Source: Penicillus capitatus (Eukaryota; Plantae; Chlorophyta). From it: a DNA stretch of 64,000 nucleotides. The stretch lies in contig OZ287713.1 of the NCBI GenBank assembly GCA_965649825.1, positions 56,644 through 120,643 of the forward strand, written 5' to 3'. A program made the position numbers and the translations under genes. The notes under the pieces are model-generated. The model saw only the letters and a list, made by a program, of their open reading frames with translations, did no database searches and was not told the DNA's origin. Shown in pieces: positions 35,601 through 48,187 of the stretch (its first letter is position 1; the number at the start of each line of letters is the position of its first letter).

Positions 35601-36569
35601 CCTGATGGCCATCTTCTTGGATGCCACCAGCGCTCAGCACTGCTGCCAGGTGAGCGTCACTGTCCAGATAAATATCTTCATCCAAAAAGAGCGTGAAGTT
35701 TTTCCAGTTTTGGATACCGACCGACCAGGCTGCCTGTTCGACGCCATCTGCGACAAGTGTCTTTCGATCATAGGCTACTTCGACGGATCTGTCATCCGCA
35801 GACAGCACATGACAGACGGTGATCTCATCTGACTTGATCCGTCTGTTCGATGATTGTTTTTTCATGACATCAATTAATGCATGATGTTTCCTTATCGCGT
35901 CGAGGATTGCGCAGGCCAGCATCCGCACCATGGGATCTTCCTTTGCATCAGATGAAATGCGCTCTATGTATGGCATTAAGCAATGCGCCAAATCCTGCAA
36001 TCAAAAATTTCAGTTTGATGGCAGCGATGGATGCTGTTTACCGTTGAACATGCCAAGCGCTCGGCAAGGATTCTGAACAGCTTCCAGACGCTCCATTTCT
36101 GATAATGCGTGACATTACCTCTCGTCTGTTTCAGAAGCTGCAGGTAGAGCTCATCTCTGAGGTCTTCGATCCCTTGGGTTCGGCGTGCAATAGAGTTGAC
36201 GATTTCTCCGTGGCGGGCCCTGTTTGAAAAACCTCTTGGCAGATTCGTCCATTCAAGGATGTCGTCAAACATTTCGACAGCAGCTCCTGTCTCAGCTGGA
36301 CCCATGTGAATAAGGGTAGTTGACATGAGAGACTGTTGAAGCAAACCCTTTATCCGTCAGTTCTCGTTTGGAACGAGTTTTTGCTCACCGAGGAAGGTCG
36401 CAGTCTGGCAGATAATGAACGGGCGAGTTTATCGGACGACCCTTCAGATGTAGCAGGAAAACTAGTTATCTGCAAATATCGCCCGTACAAAATTAGAGCT
36501 TTCGAAAAGCGAGCTTACGCCGAGGTCGCACAGTAACCCATCAACGTCGTCGGCGATTCCCGCAGACAT
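32643..36569 (-). CDS. MyTH4-FERM + protein kinase + unknown C-terminal domain fusion protein
   Basis: MyTH4 (LRDELYLQLLKQTRGN..W), FERM (FKQILFRE...LSYRQL..EYL...FPV..DD..KLC..QIL) and kinase (VVLKFY, HRDLKPSN, LIDFD, TPAYAAPE, ADMWSFG) are linked in frame by 47-53 nt introns. Confidence 0.82.
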
Positions 36570-38004
36570 GGTTTCGCGTGTCGTCCACTGGACAGAAAAA
36601 ATCGTCGCCAATAACGTACAAGATAACCGACACTTCACCTGCTGTCGTGGGGGAAATGGCCAACCTGATATTTGAGCAAGGAAACACGGAGCAGGCAGGA
36701 CGTGAATAGCAAAAGTGTAAACGAAGGCACACAATTTTCTTGTGGTACGTTACAATTTCACCCTTTATCTCAGCACGTACGACACTTATGTATGTGCATC
36801 ACGGTTGTGTAACCGCTCTGTTTATGTCAGCGCCGCACACTCCACTGTTATCATCTCTGTTCACGTTTTCGAAATCACGCTATCCAGCGGTGGGTATCCT
36901 TTCCTGAAGCAACTTCAGGATGTTGCTACTGTTTAGTATTTTGAAGTTACCTGGAATAGCTAGTTAGTCTCTATGAACGAAAGGAGAAGAAAGAAACTGG
37001 ATAATGACAACGGATGAAGCAACCAGAGTTTACCTGTCCGCAGAGGTAGGTTACAAACGAAACGATTACAGTTCCGCCTTCACCAGCAACCGATGCCCAT
37101 TCCAGTTCAAACGGCGGTTGCCGCTGCCATCCGTATATCTTTGACAAGAGTTCTTTGCACCAAGACAGTCCAAGAAACACGCAAAGGTATAATGAAAAGA
37201 ACTGATGACTTCTGGTGACTTACTGGGTGTATGCCTTAGCTGAAAACAATGCACGTATGAAGAGTTGGGTCGATGGACGCACTGAAATCACCGAATCCGG
37301 CAATCGGTTTGGATGACTCGATTTTGCAGCTTGGGACAGATTTGGAATAAGAAGTCTCCTTATGTCAGCTCTATCTCATGCACTGTCTCCATCTATCCAT
37401 CAGCAGACCCAGATGCACATTAAAACGCATCTCTCATTGCGTTACGGAAAGAGAACCTGGAAGTGCGAACGGCATAGGTATTCGATGCTTTTTAGGAAGG
37501 GCAGTTCCCAGGTAAACAGCATTCGATGGTGACACATCCGCAAACCTCACGCAACGGTATCCTTGATTCCTTTCTACAAGTGCTCAAATGCGCCATCTCT
37601 GTCAAGCTGACAAGCTAAGTGAGCACTCTCCATGCTGTATGTCTAAAGAATGACAGATTCTCCTTCCTCTACGTGGAAAACTGCAGCATTCCAATACTCC
37701 ATGTATCGGCGCACATACAACAGTTGTATCAACATCCAGTGTACGTATTAATGCATTCCTCGAAGCTTCCAGAAGAGTATTGCAATGCCCACATGGAGAA
37801 ACTTGTTTAGCTGAGTTCCTTTTTGCTGCCGTACACTTTAGACGTGACATGATCCAGCCATCACATCATGACGTGACTGCTAGAACCTCGTACTCGAATC
37901 AACCGAGATGTGACATCTGTGTCGGACACGGACAGAATTGCAAGACCATCAACGCATTTCGCTCAGTCGTTTTGTTCAAACCTCAGACGTTGCATCGTAT
38001 AGAC

Positions 38005-38904
38005 ATGACGGAATCCAATTCTCTCGTACCGAAGAGACAGGACATCATCTATCTCGATGTCGGCGGAAGTCCGTTCAAGATACTGAAGTCGACGATATCG
38101 CGCTACCCCGACTCGCTACTTGGACGAATGCTAAAGGAGTTCCACAACCTCGGAGAACAAGACGATCCTCTATTCATCGACAGATCCCCGACCGCGTTTC
38201 CCTGGATACTCGAAATCTATCGGTAACGGCTACAATCAAACAAGACAGGCTGACAGTGGGTATTGCGCAGAGATGGTGACCACGCACGTTGCGTTCCCGA
38301 TATGTCGCCTGGGTTTCTCCGCCGGGAATTGGACTTTTATCAACTTCCAGTACAGGCCGCTTTAGACGCTGAGTCGCTGACGGAAGAAACGCATTCTACA
38401 ACGGAGCCAAATTTTGATACGTCAGACATCTTGTCCATCGCCGAAGTCAATCACGAGATTGCACGTTGGGGTTTGGTGGATCTGTGGCCAATCGATGTCT
38501 TCGTCTATCATCACTTCGAAAGAGGAAGCAACGAGAAGCTTCTGCGAAAGCTCTTTCTTCGTCCATCACTCAGCACTTACGGTTCTCTCCCCTGCAACGC
38601 AAGAGAACACGTCAAATTCAGCGATGTCCTCTACGGAAGACGTCCCCTATACAGCAGGGAACGATTTGGGAACTATATTCAAGCCTTCGAAGTCGATCAG
38701 GCGTCGGATAGCCAACAAGACGGCGACGGCGAAGACGATGAAGATGATTTCACTGCGCTGGTGAAGGTGAATCTTACACAAGAAGCCGCCAGCCTTAACA
38801 GAGAAGCAGCCCGGTCTGGATGGGCCATTGAAGTGAGACGCGACGAAGCTCCTAGCTTTCGAAAGAACTTGCAGTTCCATCATCTCGTCATCTATCCTCT
38901 TTAG
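38005..38904 (+). CDS. BTB/POZ (KCTD-type) domain protein
   Basis: IYLDVGG..F...STISRYPDSLLGRM..FIDRSP..F..ILEIYR|DG...LRRELDFYQLP; intron 38223-38270. Confidence 0.88.
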
Positions 38905-39229
38905 AGACCGGAAACAACCAGTTGCGACGTAAAACAGTGATTGGCGTAGAATAGAGTGTAAATGGTAAACAGTGCGCTGTTCCATAACAAGCTGACGCGA
39001 CACAAGACGTGACAGCGGAGCAGATGTGGACAGTCCTTTCCATTCGCCTTCACTCAACGAGCTCTCGACGCTTCGACGCACGTTAGCTGCAAACGATCTT
39101 GGAATCGAAGAATGCAAACGGTGGAGCATTCATACAAAAACGGATCGTTTGAACATGGCCCGGCGATGTAACCGCGAACAGGGCCTGTCAAATAGATAGC
39201 TTGTAACCATGCTACCTCGACGCGTTGGA

Positions 39230-40431
39230 TTACTCCCACTGTTGTCTGTCAACGCATGGGGCGGTCAGTTCTGCGTATGTTTTCTCGGAAGCGGCAAGGA
39301 GCTTTTTGACGCCGTCGAAGGTCGATAGCCGGATTCCTATAGGTGTTTGATCGCTGCGTTCACGGAGGGCGGCTCTCACCTTTGTTGGGCAGATTCTTGA
39401 TCGCGTTTGGGACAAAGCCGCGGTAGAGGCCTCCAAACCCGTCCTCCTTCACGATGGAGCTCGTGATTCGGCGATACGACGCCCCCTCCGACCCCAACTG
39501 CGCCACACGCCTGTGACATTGCCTGCATCGCGGACGGACTCCGAAACACGAAGGCGCACCGAATGGTGTCGAGTGGGTAGCAGAAGGACGTTGCGATCAG
39601 CGCCGCCATGAAGCCTCGGAGGAAGGAGGGAATCGACCTCGGCAGGAGATCGTAAGACGCCAGTTCCAGCGCCATGTACGGTGCGATCCCGAGCACAGCT
39701 GGCTTGACTCCTCGATAAAACGCCGGCACTCCTCCTTCCCTGAACAGCGTCCCGAAGGCCATTCTCACCGTCGTCACCTCCGGATCCACCGCCAATCGAA
39801 ACCGGACCGTGTCCAACGGGTACGTCGCCTGTGAGCACAGATCTTGCGCTCGGTCACGCGGACGGAGATTCGGCGGCTTACGAAGGTCGAGCACATTCCT
39901 GCCGCCGCGCCGGCGATGAGGCGCCGCACGACGGGGAGGTTTCCGTCCTCATCCCGCAGCAATCGCTTGAAGATCTCGTACGAGCCAAGCTGCACGGCGC
40001 TGTAGGGAACCACGCGGAGAAGCTGCACACTCCATCACTGGACACTCGCGCTTCGGCTTCGTGCATGGAGTGCTTACCTGCGGCAGATTGCCTTTCCAGA
40101 ATCCGAGGATGCCTTCCTCCTGACAGATTGCCCAGAGGGCCCGCAGGAGTCCTCCCCTCAGGGCAGCCTCGCGGACAGCGCCTTTCTGCAGACCGCCTCT
40201 CACTTGCAGCAGAATCTTGACGCGGTCCAGTGGGGCGACGATCGTCTTCCCGAAAGCTCCGGCGAACGCTCCGGCAGCGAACAGGACAATGGGCGTCGGC
40301 ACCAGCGACAGGATTGAAATCGGCCGTTGCAGGAGGACGGACAGAGGCGGCCGTGCAGTTGTCGTTGCGGCGAGGGTGCGTATCACGCGTCGTTGCGATC
40401 GAAGCGCCTCTCTGCTGCGCCCTCTGCCCAT
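39230..40431 (-). CDS. Mitochondrial carrier family protein, thylakoid/envelope ADP,ATP carrier (TAAC)-like
   Basis: Three carrier repeats (APLDRVK, YPLDTVR, YPLDTIR), GFWKGNLPQ.LRVVPYSAVQL and LGIAPY; N-terminal extension. Confidence 0.88.
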
Positions 40432-40503
40432 GAAATCGGAACCCTAGCGGCGACGAGCATCAACGTCGGTTTATCAGTCGTACAGGCGACCATTGATAGA
40501 AAA

Positions 40504-41374
40504 ATGGCACAGAACGACGAGTCCTCTGCACAACCTTCGGCAGCGACACTCGACACGCAGACACGCCTGCAGCTCGCCTACGCCGCTTTCGGCAGGCTCA
40601 AAGACTATGGAACAAGCGTCCTGAAAGAAGTGACACCCTCCCAGTGGTCGAGTGTCGTACAGGAAATGCGCCTGCACTAGAGGAAACCTTGGTCGGAGCT
40701 CCTGGACCGCTCTTCTTTTGCGAGACCTCCTTCGACGACAGAGGCACGGCTCGTCCAGCGAGGGAGAGGGCGTGGATGCATGTGCTTCTAGGCGGTGTCC
40801 CGCTTTCGGCAGAACCTGCACTACTTTCGAATCAACTACCTGATCATTCTGCTCTCCACCATCGTCCTCTGCATGATCATGAGTCCGCAGTCGCTCCTCG
40901 TGCTGCTGGCGCTGTTCGGTTCATGGATTTATATGTTCATCGTCCGAACGGCTCCCCTGACAATCGCCGGAAGAACTCTCGGGTGCGTCCCATCATCGCA
41001 TTGCATTCTCCGTCTCACTCGGCCGCAGGGAGCGCGACAAGCTGATCGGCATGACAGCGCTCTCCGTCATCGTCGTATTCTTCCTGACCAAGTAAGCGGC
41101 GCCACGGATGCGACACATCTGTCTCATGTTTGCGAAGCGTGGGGACGGTCTTGCTATCCTCAGTGATACTGGGCTGCGGCGTCATCGCTCTGCACGGAGC
41201 CACACGCGTTCCGGACGACCTCTTTATCGACGACAGTCAAGTGAGCGGCTACCCTTCATCGCGCAGAGCACCGCCGGTCACTCTTTCGCTGTGGTGATGC
41301 AGACGGCCCCAAGCATCTGGTCCATCCTCAAGGGAGAGCAGACTGGCCAAGCACAGATCTCCACCGTCGTCTGA
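40504..41374 (+). CDS. PRA1: PRA1 (prenylated Rab acceptor) family protein
   Basis: RKPWSELLDRSSFARP....AVSRFRQNLHYFRINY and ALHGATRVPDDLFID; multi-exon, including GC-AG intron 40744-40791. Confidence 0.9.
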
Positions 41375-41813
41375 TGCTTTCGTGATGTGTGAGTGACAAT
41401 AACGCTCGCGCCACTTCGCGTACTGTGCGTTCGTGCGCTGCAATGTAACGAATGCATCTCCAATCTGGCTGACTTAACATCTGCCTTTATCAACAACTTA
41501 GGATGTCTACATAGATGTCGCCGTTTGACGCACGACAGCTTTCTGCGGAATGCAGTGGTTGGATGCATATCATTGAAACCGACCAACGATGCCACTCCTT
41601 CTACATGAAACGAAATCACCGGATCCAATCGTTAAAGGCAAGACGGTGCTGTCGAAGACATGAGCATGGTAAAGATAACTGTGACGGCTAAACGTTTCAA
41701 CTGGAGAGTAGAAAACGAACAAAGAAAGAATGAGTTCAATGGGGACGCAAACGTGCGAATCCTGTTGGAGTGTTTTGCAGCAGTGAGGGACTGCAGATCG
41801 CGTGGCAGTGCAT

Positions 41814-42224
41814 TCAGCGGAGGGTCTTCTTCCACTCGGCCGGCTGAATCATTCCCGGGCCGTACTCTTCGAGGAGCTCCTTTTCCGCCTGTTTGTGGGC
41901 CCACGTCTCGAGGCGACTGTCCGGCGCGGCCATCATTCCAATAACGAGAGCCAGTCCACCACCACCGTAGGTCAGGTAGCTGTTGCATGTCCACAGACGG
42001 CGTCGGAAGGGGGCGGAGAGAGGGAGGGAGGAAGCTTACTACATCATCTCCCAGCCCTCCCATCGGCGTTTCATCCCTGGCGGTGGGGGCGTTTCGCCAA
42101 AGAGGAATCCGTTACGCCCCGTCTGTTGGCCGGGTGCCCAGAAGCTGCCGCCGGGCCATGTCGCGGCGCCTCGGCTGCGGAATGTCCTCAAGGCGCTGAG
42201 AGGGAGGCGTCGGAGAAACGACAT
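41814..42224 (-). CDS. NDUFB11: NADH:ubiquinone oxidoreductase ESSS subunit (NDUFB11-like)
   Basis: GRNGFLFGETPPPPGMKRRWEGWE, then after one intron a single TM segment and ETWAHKQA. Confidence 0.85.
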
Positions 42225-42518
42225 AACGTATCGGACAGTTCGCAGCGAAAAACGAATCGCACGATCAATCCGCTATCGCTCAGTCAGATCATCATTCTGC
42301 TCGCTGCGCGTGCGTACGTGCATAATGCACAGACAAACGTTCGTCAAGAACGGCGTCCCTTGCTCGCATCAACGATGTCAATTAATCGACAACGACGTGT
42401 CTGTGTCACACCGGTCTTGAATACATTTCCATGTTCGAATCATGTAATCCCTCCCCCCTTTGCAGCCGGTGCGTGTGTTCAAGGAATCCAAATGGCAGCA
42501 CGGGTGCTGACTTGTCCC

Positions 42519-42995
42519 TCAGGCCGGGAGGTAGTTCCTCTCTCCCGTCAGTGGCACCTGGACCACGTAGCATATGAGGGGCACACCATTGAGGTCTGAT
42601 GCGCGTATGACAGCATTGTAGACGCCGCGTACGAAGAAGAGCGGAACGACCCGGGAGTACTTAATAGTCACTTCTTCGCCTTTGCGGAAGTTGCATTCGT
42701 CCTTGAGGCCCAGAATCTCGCAGAAATCGCCGTTCTCGGTGTAGAACGGCACGAACCTGCGAAATGCGCGGCGCTTCACAACGACGCTGTACGTCCCTCC
42801 TGATACGTCTCGGGTCGAGACTCCTGTGACCGTGAAACGCATTTCGTTTCCTCGTGTTATCTTGTCGTCTTCCAGGTACACTGTCCCCGATGCCACCGCG
42901 GGGGAACCACAGTCTTCCATCTTCAACTCCGTACGCGCGAGTGCACCCGTCGCCAACGCGCAGAGAACGAGAAATGAATAGAAGGCACGCAGCAT
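42519..42995 (-). CDS. ML-domain (MD-2/NPC2-like lipid-recognition) secreted protein
   Basis: Signal peptide, EDCGS, DFCEIL..CNF.KGE, VPLFFVRGVY and LICY; intronless. Confidence 0.85.
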   Translation of the reverse strand: MLRAFYSFLVLCALATGALARTELKMEDCGSPAVASGTVYLEDDKITRGNEMRFTVTGVSTRDVSGGTYSVVVKRRAFRRFVPFYTENGDFCEILGLKDECNFRKGEEVTIKYSRVVPLFFVRGVYNAVIRASDLNGVPLICYVVQVPLTGERNYLPA

Positions 42996-43085
42996 TGCAG
43001 AAGTGTTCTTCCTGAGTCAAAAATAACAGAAGCTCAAATGACAGCCAGGTACCAACAGCACTAGTGGTAGCAAATAAACCACGTA

Positions 43086-43568
43086 TTAAACGACGAATTT
43101 TAGGGATGATGTGCTTTTAATCAAATCCAAAGGAAAACGGACGCAGGTAATGAGATTCTTTTCAGAGTCCCAGACTTCAAACGTCGCCTCGTAACGTCCT
43201 TTCGGTGCAAATGGGGGAACGATATGTGAGAAGACAAACGTCATGACCCGTCCTGATGTCAATGAACAGTCGTCTTCCGTGATGAGTTGACAGATGTTTG
43301 CTTCTGGGAGTTTGAGCGTAATCGGTCGACCGAAGACATTCCTTGTTGCGCTCAGGCGATAGGTGGCTTCGCCGATGTCTTTGGAGACAACGGCGGTCGA
43401 GGTGGCCGTCACCCTTCGGCCTCTCTTCAGGACATCGGGTTCCTGCGAAATGCTGACGATTTTGAGGACAGTCGAACCACAGTCGGTTATTTTCATTTCG
43501 ACGCTCGCATGGACGCACTTCGCCATGCAGAGGCACGCGACGACGCAGAGAAAGAAAACACGCGACAT
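43086..43568 (-). CDS. ML-domain secreted protein, tandem paralogue
   Basis: Signal peptide, TDCGS, NICQL...CSL, VPPFAPKGRY and LITCV; intronless. Confidence 0.85.
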   Translation of the reverse strand: MSRVFFLCVVACLCMAKCVHASVEMKITDCGSTVLKIVSISQEPDVLKRGRRVTATSTAVVSKDIGEATYRLSATRNVFGRPITLKLPEANICQLITEDDCSLTSGRVMTFVFSHIVPPFAPKGRYEATFEVWDSEKNLITCVRFPLDLIKSTSSLKFVV

Positions 43569-43669
43569 CTTCGAACCGGTGCACGGCGAATGGTTTCGTC
43601 AATAAATACGATGACTGTCCCATCATGACTCTTTATTTGTAAGCATGATAGTCGATTTGGCGGTGCGAG

Positions 43670-46600
43670 ATGGCGAAGAGCAAAGAAACACGGATTGCCC
43701 CGCCAAGTGAAACCTGTCCACCTGAGACTGTCCACCGCGAAATAGGATGTCCTTCCAGGGTGGCAGCATCCGTTCGTCAATGTCTTCCGGCATTTCTGCG
43801 TTGACCGAAGCGAGACTGCCCTGACGAGTGATGTGAAGAGTGTCATGGTAGCAGGACGGGCAGACTGTGGGGCCGGTGCAGAGACTGCTGTTTGCTTCTC
43901 AGGACAAGACGATCGGCAAACGCGTCTGGCAGCTTCAGGGCGCCGTAAGCGTCGCGACGTACATTCGACTGCCGACGTCGCCGTCCGAATCCCTCGGCCT
44001 CGAAGGTCGCTTCTGCTACATCCAAGTGCGGTCGCCTGTCTCTTCGCCTCGTCACGCACCACCCTCTGCAGGTGTTCGTCTACAGCGGACTGGAGTTTCT
44101 GCTGCATCTGGATGTGCAGGACGTCCACGGTAATGTCCACGGCGTCGCGCTGAGCAATGCGTTCCGACGAAGATCGAAAAAGGTGCGACGCGATGCGTTC
44201 GATACAGATGATTGCAACACTGACCATGGCAGCGCAACATGCGTGGCCTTCAAGTGCCGCTGATTCTGGAAGATAGTGCGCATGAGGCTTGGATAACGCT
44301 GGCTGTCGACCTCAGGTCGATCCTGGGATCGTGCACCCAGGTGCCCTTCAAGTGCCTGCGCGGATTTCAGATCTGTGCCAATCTCATAGTCAGAGGACTT
44401 TACACGTCGGATATCCAGATGCGACCCGAGGTGAGAAGACAGTCACTTTCTTCGATGCGTGAAGAGTCTGCGCTCACTACAGTCGCTACCGAAGGATATG
44501 GTGTTCTCGATGGCACACGACCCGTCCCTCTTCAGAATGATATGGGTTCCGAAGGAGCCGGCGGCGGAAACTCAGGAAAGGGACGTTCCGTACCAGCTCG
44601 GTCGCGGATCGAGTTCAGTCCCGCGACAAGCGGATTCCGGACGCATGCGCCACGCCCTCCCATCGAGGACGGAAACGAAACGGCAGCACTCTCGGCCTGT
44701 CGTAAGCCCGAACGTCTTAGAGAAGGCGTCGCCCGTAGCGGTATCGCACATTGCGAGGCCGGACCTCTGTTTTGTCAATGGCTTCACCGGCGAGTACACG
44801 AACATGCTTTTACGGGTGCCGAACTCGGACGAAGTCCTCTTCGCCGCAGGCTCCCTTCTCGTTGCCATGAACAGTATCAAACGAGCATTCGACGTGCTCA
44901 GTCCCAGCGAGTTGCCTGTTGCAGGAGCGAAGCAACAGCGTTTTTTCATTGGGCACTCTGCGCGGATCTGTTGCTTGTCGATGGACAGCGAGGGGAGGCT
45001 GCTAGCCTCAGGACAGGAGGGGACACATCCGCTGATTCGTTTGTGGGACGTACCGACTGGCAACTGCCGCGCCTTAGTCAGCGGGCACCATTCCGGGCTC
45101 GTATGCCTGGATCTGTCCCTCGACGCTCAGAGATTAATCGCCGTGGGGCTCGACGAACAGAAACGGCAGGAAGTGAGAGTATGGAACGTTCGCCGCGGTC
45201 GTGGATCTTCTCTGGCCGTGACCGTGGTGTTGCACTGCGTCAGTTTGGCAAACATCAAGTGCATTCAATGGAGTCCGTTTGATGCCGACCGTCTACTGAG
45301 CTGCGGCCGTGACAACATCCGCATGCACCGGATCAGGGACGGAAAGCTCAGATCCATGCCCATTCACTTCTCCGACCCTCCTGAGAACCAGAGTCCGTCG
45401 TCGCAACGAACGTACACGTGCATCGCGTTCAACGCTAGCGTTCCTGTGCGGCGATGGATCTTCGTCGGATCCGCTTGCGGGGCTGTGTTCCAGATAGACT
45501 ACGACAGGTGAGTGGCGAAGCTTGAGTCCGGAGGGACCACTGTCTGCTGACAGGTGCTGCCCAGTCGCGAGCTACAAGCTGCAGAAAGACGCCATCAACT
45601 GCATGGCGATGAGTGACGGCTTCTGCGTCGTCGGCTCCGATGATGGTTTCCTGCGCGTCTGGCCACTGGATTTCGTCGACTACCTTCTTGAGGTCGCCCG
45701 CACTCGACGATGCTCGACGACTCAACAAACTAACGTTCGTCTGTAGGCCGAGAACGAGGCGCCGGTGACGTCCGTGGGTCTCTCGACAGACGGTCTCCAG
45801 ATCTGCGCCGGAACCGAGAGTGGCACGCTGACACTGCTGGACATTGTCTCCCACACACACGAAACGCTTCTGCGCTCGCACAAGGACTGCATCAACAGCC
45901 TGTCTCTACTGCCCGACAGCTCGGAGGAATCGCGCTCTCTTCGTTTCCTAACGGGAAGCGCAGACGGGACCATGCGGCTGTGGGAGCTAGCACGGCCGAC
46001 GGCGCACTGGCACAAAACGGCACCCGACAACGACGTCATGGCAGTCTATCTGGACAACGGATCACCGGACAGCTTCGAATCTCACCCGTGCGAGCACTTC
46101 GTGTGCGAGCAGTCCTATGAGTTCCGCTGTCCGGATGACTTCATCCTCTCCACGGCGGCGACCTCAGACGGACGGCACATCGCCGCGGGATTCGAGAGCT
46201 CCTGGGTTCGCATCTTCAACCTCGAGCAATCGACTATCGTTCAGGCAATGTCTCCTATACGCGCCAGAGCGAGAAGCACTCTTTCTGGACTGTAGGAGTT
46301 CCGGCAGCACAGTGGCGGTATCGTCAACGTCGCGTTTACAGAAGACGTCTCTAAGCTGTTTGTGCTGGACAGAGGCGGCGTCCTTGTTGCCTACGATGCG
46401 ATTAACGGCTACCGACCGGCCAAACAGTTGTTCCTGTCCGGCGACGGGTCGCCTTCGGTCTTTGCAATGAATAAAACCACTCGCAGCTGCGTGGCGACCA
46501 CAGTCACCCAACACGGAGCCGTATCTCTGCTCGTCCTCTGCACAGACACGCTTCGACTGCAGAGAGAGATTCGGACGGACGCAAGGAGCTGCTCTCAGAT

Positions 46601-48187
46601 GAAGGTATCGAAGAGCGGTGAAGAGATATGGCTGATCGATGCACTGGCGTCAAGCCTGATGGTCATCGCAGTGTCCACTGGGGAGGTCATCGCGCAATGG
46701 AAGCATCGACACCTCTGCTGCTCGCCGTGCTTCTGCCTTGACGAAGAGCGCCGATTCTTTGTAACAGGAGACAGCGAAGGAATTCTGCGATTCTGGCCGA
46801 TGCTGCTTGCAGACGAGGCGAAGGAGATCTGCAAGCTGTGCAGTCACCCGTCAGAAATCACAGGTCCTACACCGTCTTTTATTCTGATCGTCGATAAATC
46901 GATGGCGGGCACGCAGATGTCAGGATCTGTGGCGATTTTCTGATCTCCGTCGGAAGAGGCGACAGTCTGTTTGTCTGGCAATTCCGCGACGCTCTTTCAC
47001 CAGAGGCGAAGACTCCACAGTGGGATGAAGTCGGACACGACGAGACAACACCCGCCGTCGCCACCGAGCAAGCGATAACGATCGAAAGGCGACCAGGTGA
47101 ACGACGGGCTTTACATGTCGAAGTGCACGTCTCGGGGGTTTCTCAGCAACTGCAGCCGAACTTCGCATGGCGCCCATCGGCTGGAGTCTTCGCTTGTGTT
47201 GCGGAGGAAGGGTTGGTTCTCGAAACAGCAGACCGCTCGGAGCGTCATTGTCTGCAGCATCATGCTACAGCCATCGGCGCCTTGTGTCTTTCTGAAGACG
47301 GGTTACTCCTCGCTTCCGCCTCGACCGACGCCGAGATCAGCGGCTATGTCGATATCTGCATCTGGCACACAGAGACGCAACGCCTGACGGCTCTCCTACA
47401 GCACCACAAGACACAGATTCAGGTGACCTCACCTAGTCGCGTATTTACCGCGAATCTGTCCGCTTCTGCAGTCTCTGGCCTTCTCCTTCGACAGCGTCTG
47501 GCTCGTGTCCCTCACTTGCGGAGCGCCAGCCTTCGTCGTTGTATGGGATGTTGCCTCTCAATCGCCGGTGGCTGTTGCTCAGAGCGATCTACCCTGCAAG
47601 GAGCTCTATTTTCTGAAACGCCCTTCGGAACCAAAAATCGTCACCGTAGCAGCCGCGAAGATACTTCTCTGGGAGCTTCGAGTAGACGGACTGCACCAAA
47701 CCGACCTTTTTGACGCGAAACAGATTGCAAGAGGAATCCGTTGCAGCTGCCTTGCCGATCTTGACCGACTCTACTGCGTCACCGAGTCGGGACAACTGAT
47801 GTCTCTTCAGGTAAGAAACGCAAGGGCCGACAAATCGAAGGTGTTCTGATCTGGTCCAGGATGGAGTGCTGAGTGAAGTCGAATGGGACACGGGTGGCGA
47901 AAAGATAACCGCTGTTGCGTCATCTAGTCACGGACTCGTTTGTGGGACCGCAACGGGTCGTCTGCTGTGCTTCCGGTGATCCCGTCGCCTCACGCTCTCT
48001 TTGCTTCTTCTGTATATTCAGGATGAAAGAGGGGAAGGCGGAGGTCGAATCGACCGATTGCGTTTCGGTAAGGTCGGCGGTGCTGTCGATTCAGATCGAT
48101 CCGACTTTTGGCACGGGAAAGATGAGCACTGCAGATGCCACCATTTGGCACGTCGCTTTCGACGACCCGTCAGTCCTGTGTCCATAA
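43670..48187 (+). CDS. WDR90: WDR90/POC16-like: CFA20-like N-terminal domain plus WD40 repeats (ends approximate)
   Basis: WQHPFVNVF, YIRLP...LGLEGRFCYIQV, QRFFIGHSARICCL, LLASGQEG...IRLWD, LLSCGRDNIR, VVGSDDGFLRVWPLDF..LLEAENE and HETLLRSH; more than 12 short introns. Confidence 0.85.

Noticed and set aside
37690-37720. Kinase-like ADTWSIG fragment on the minus strand
   Set aside because: An isolated 7-residue match flanked by stops, with no other subdomains.
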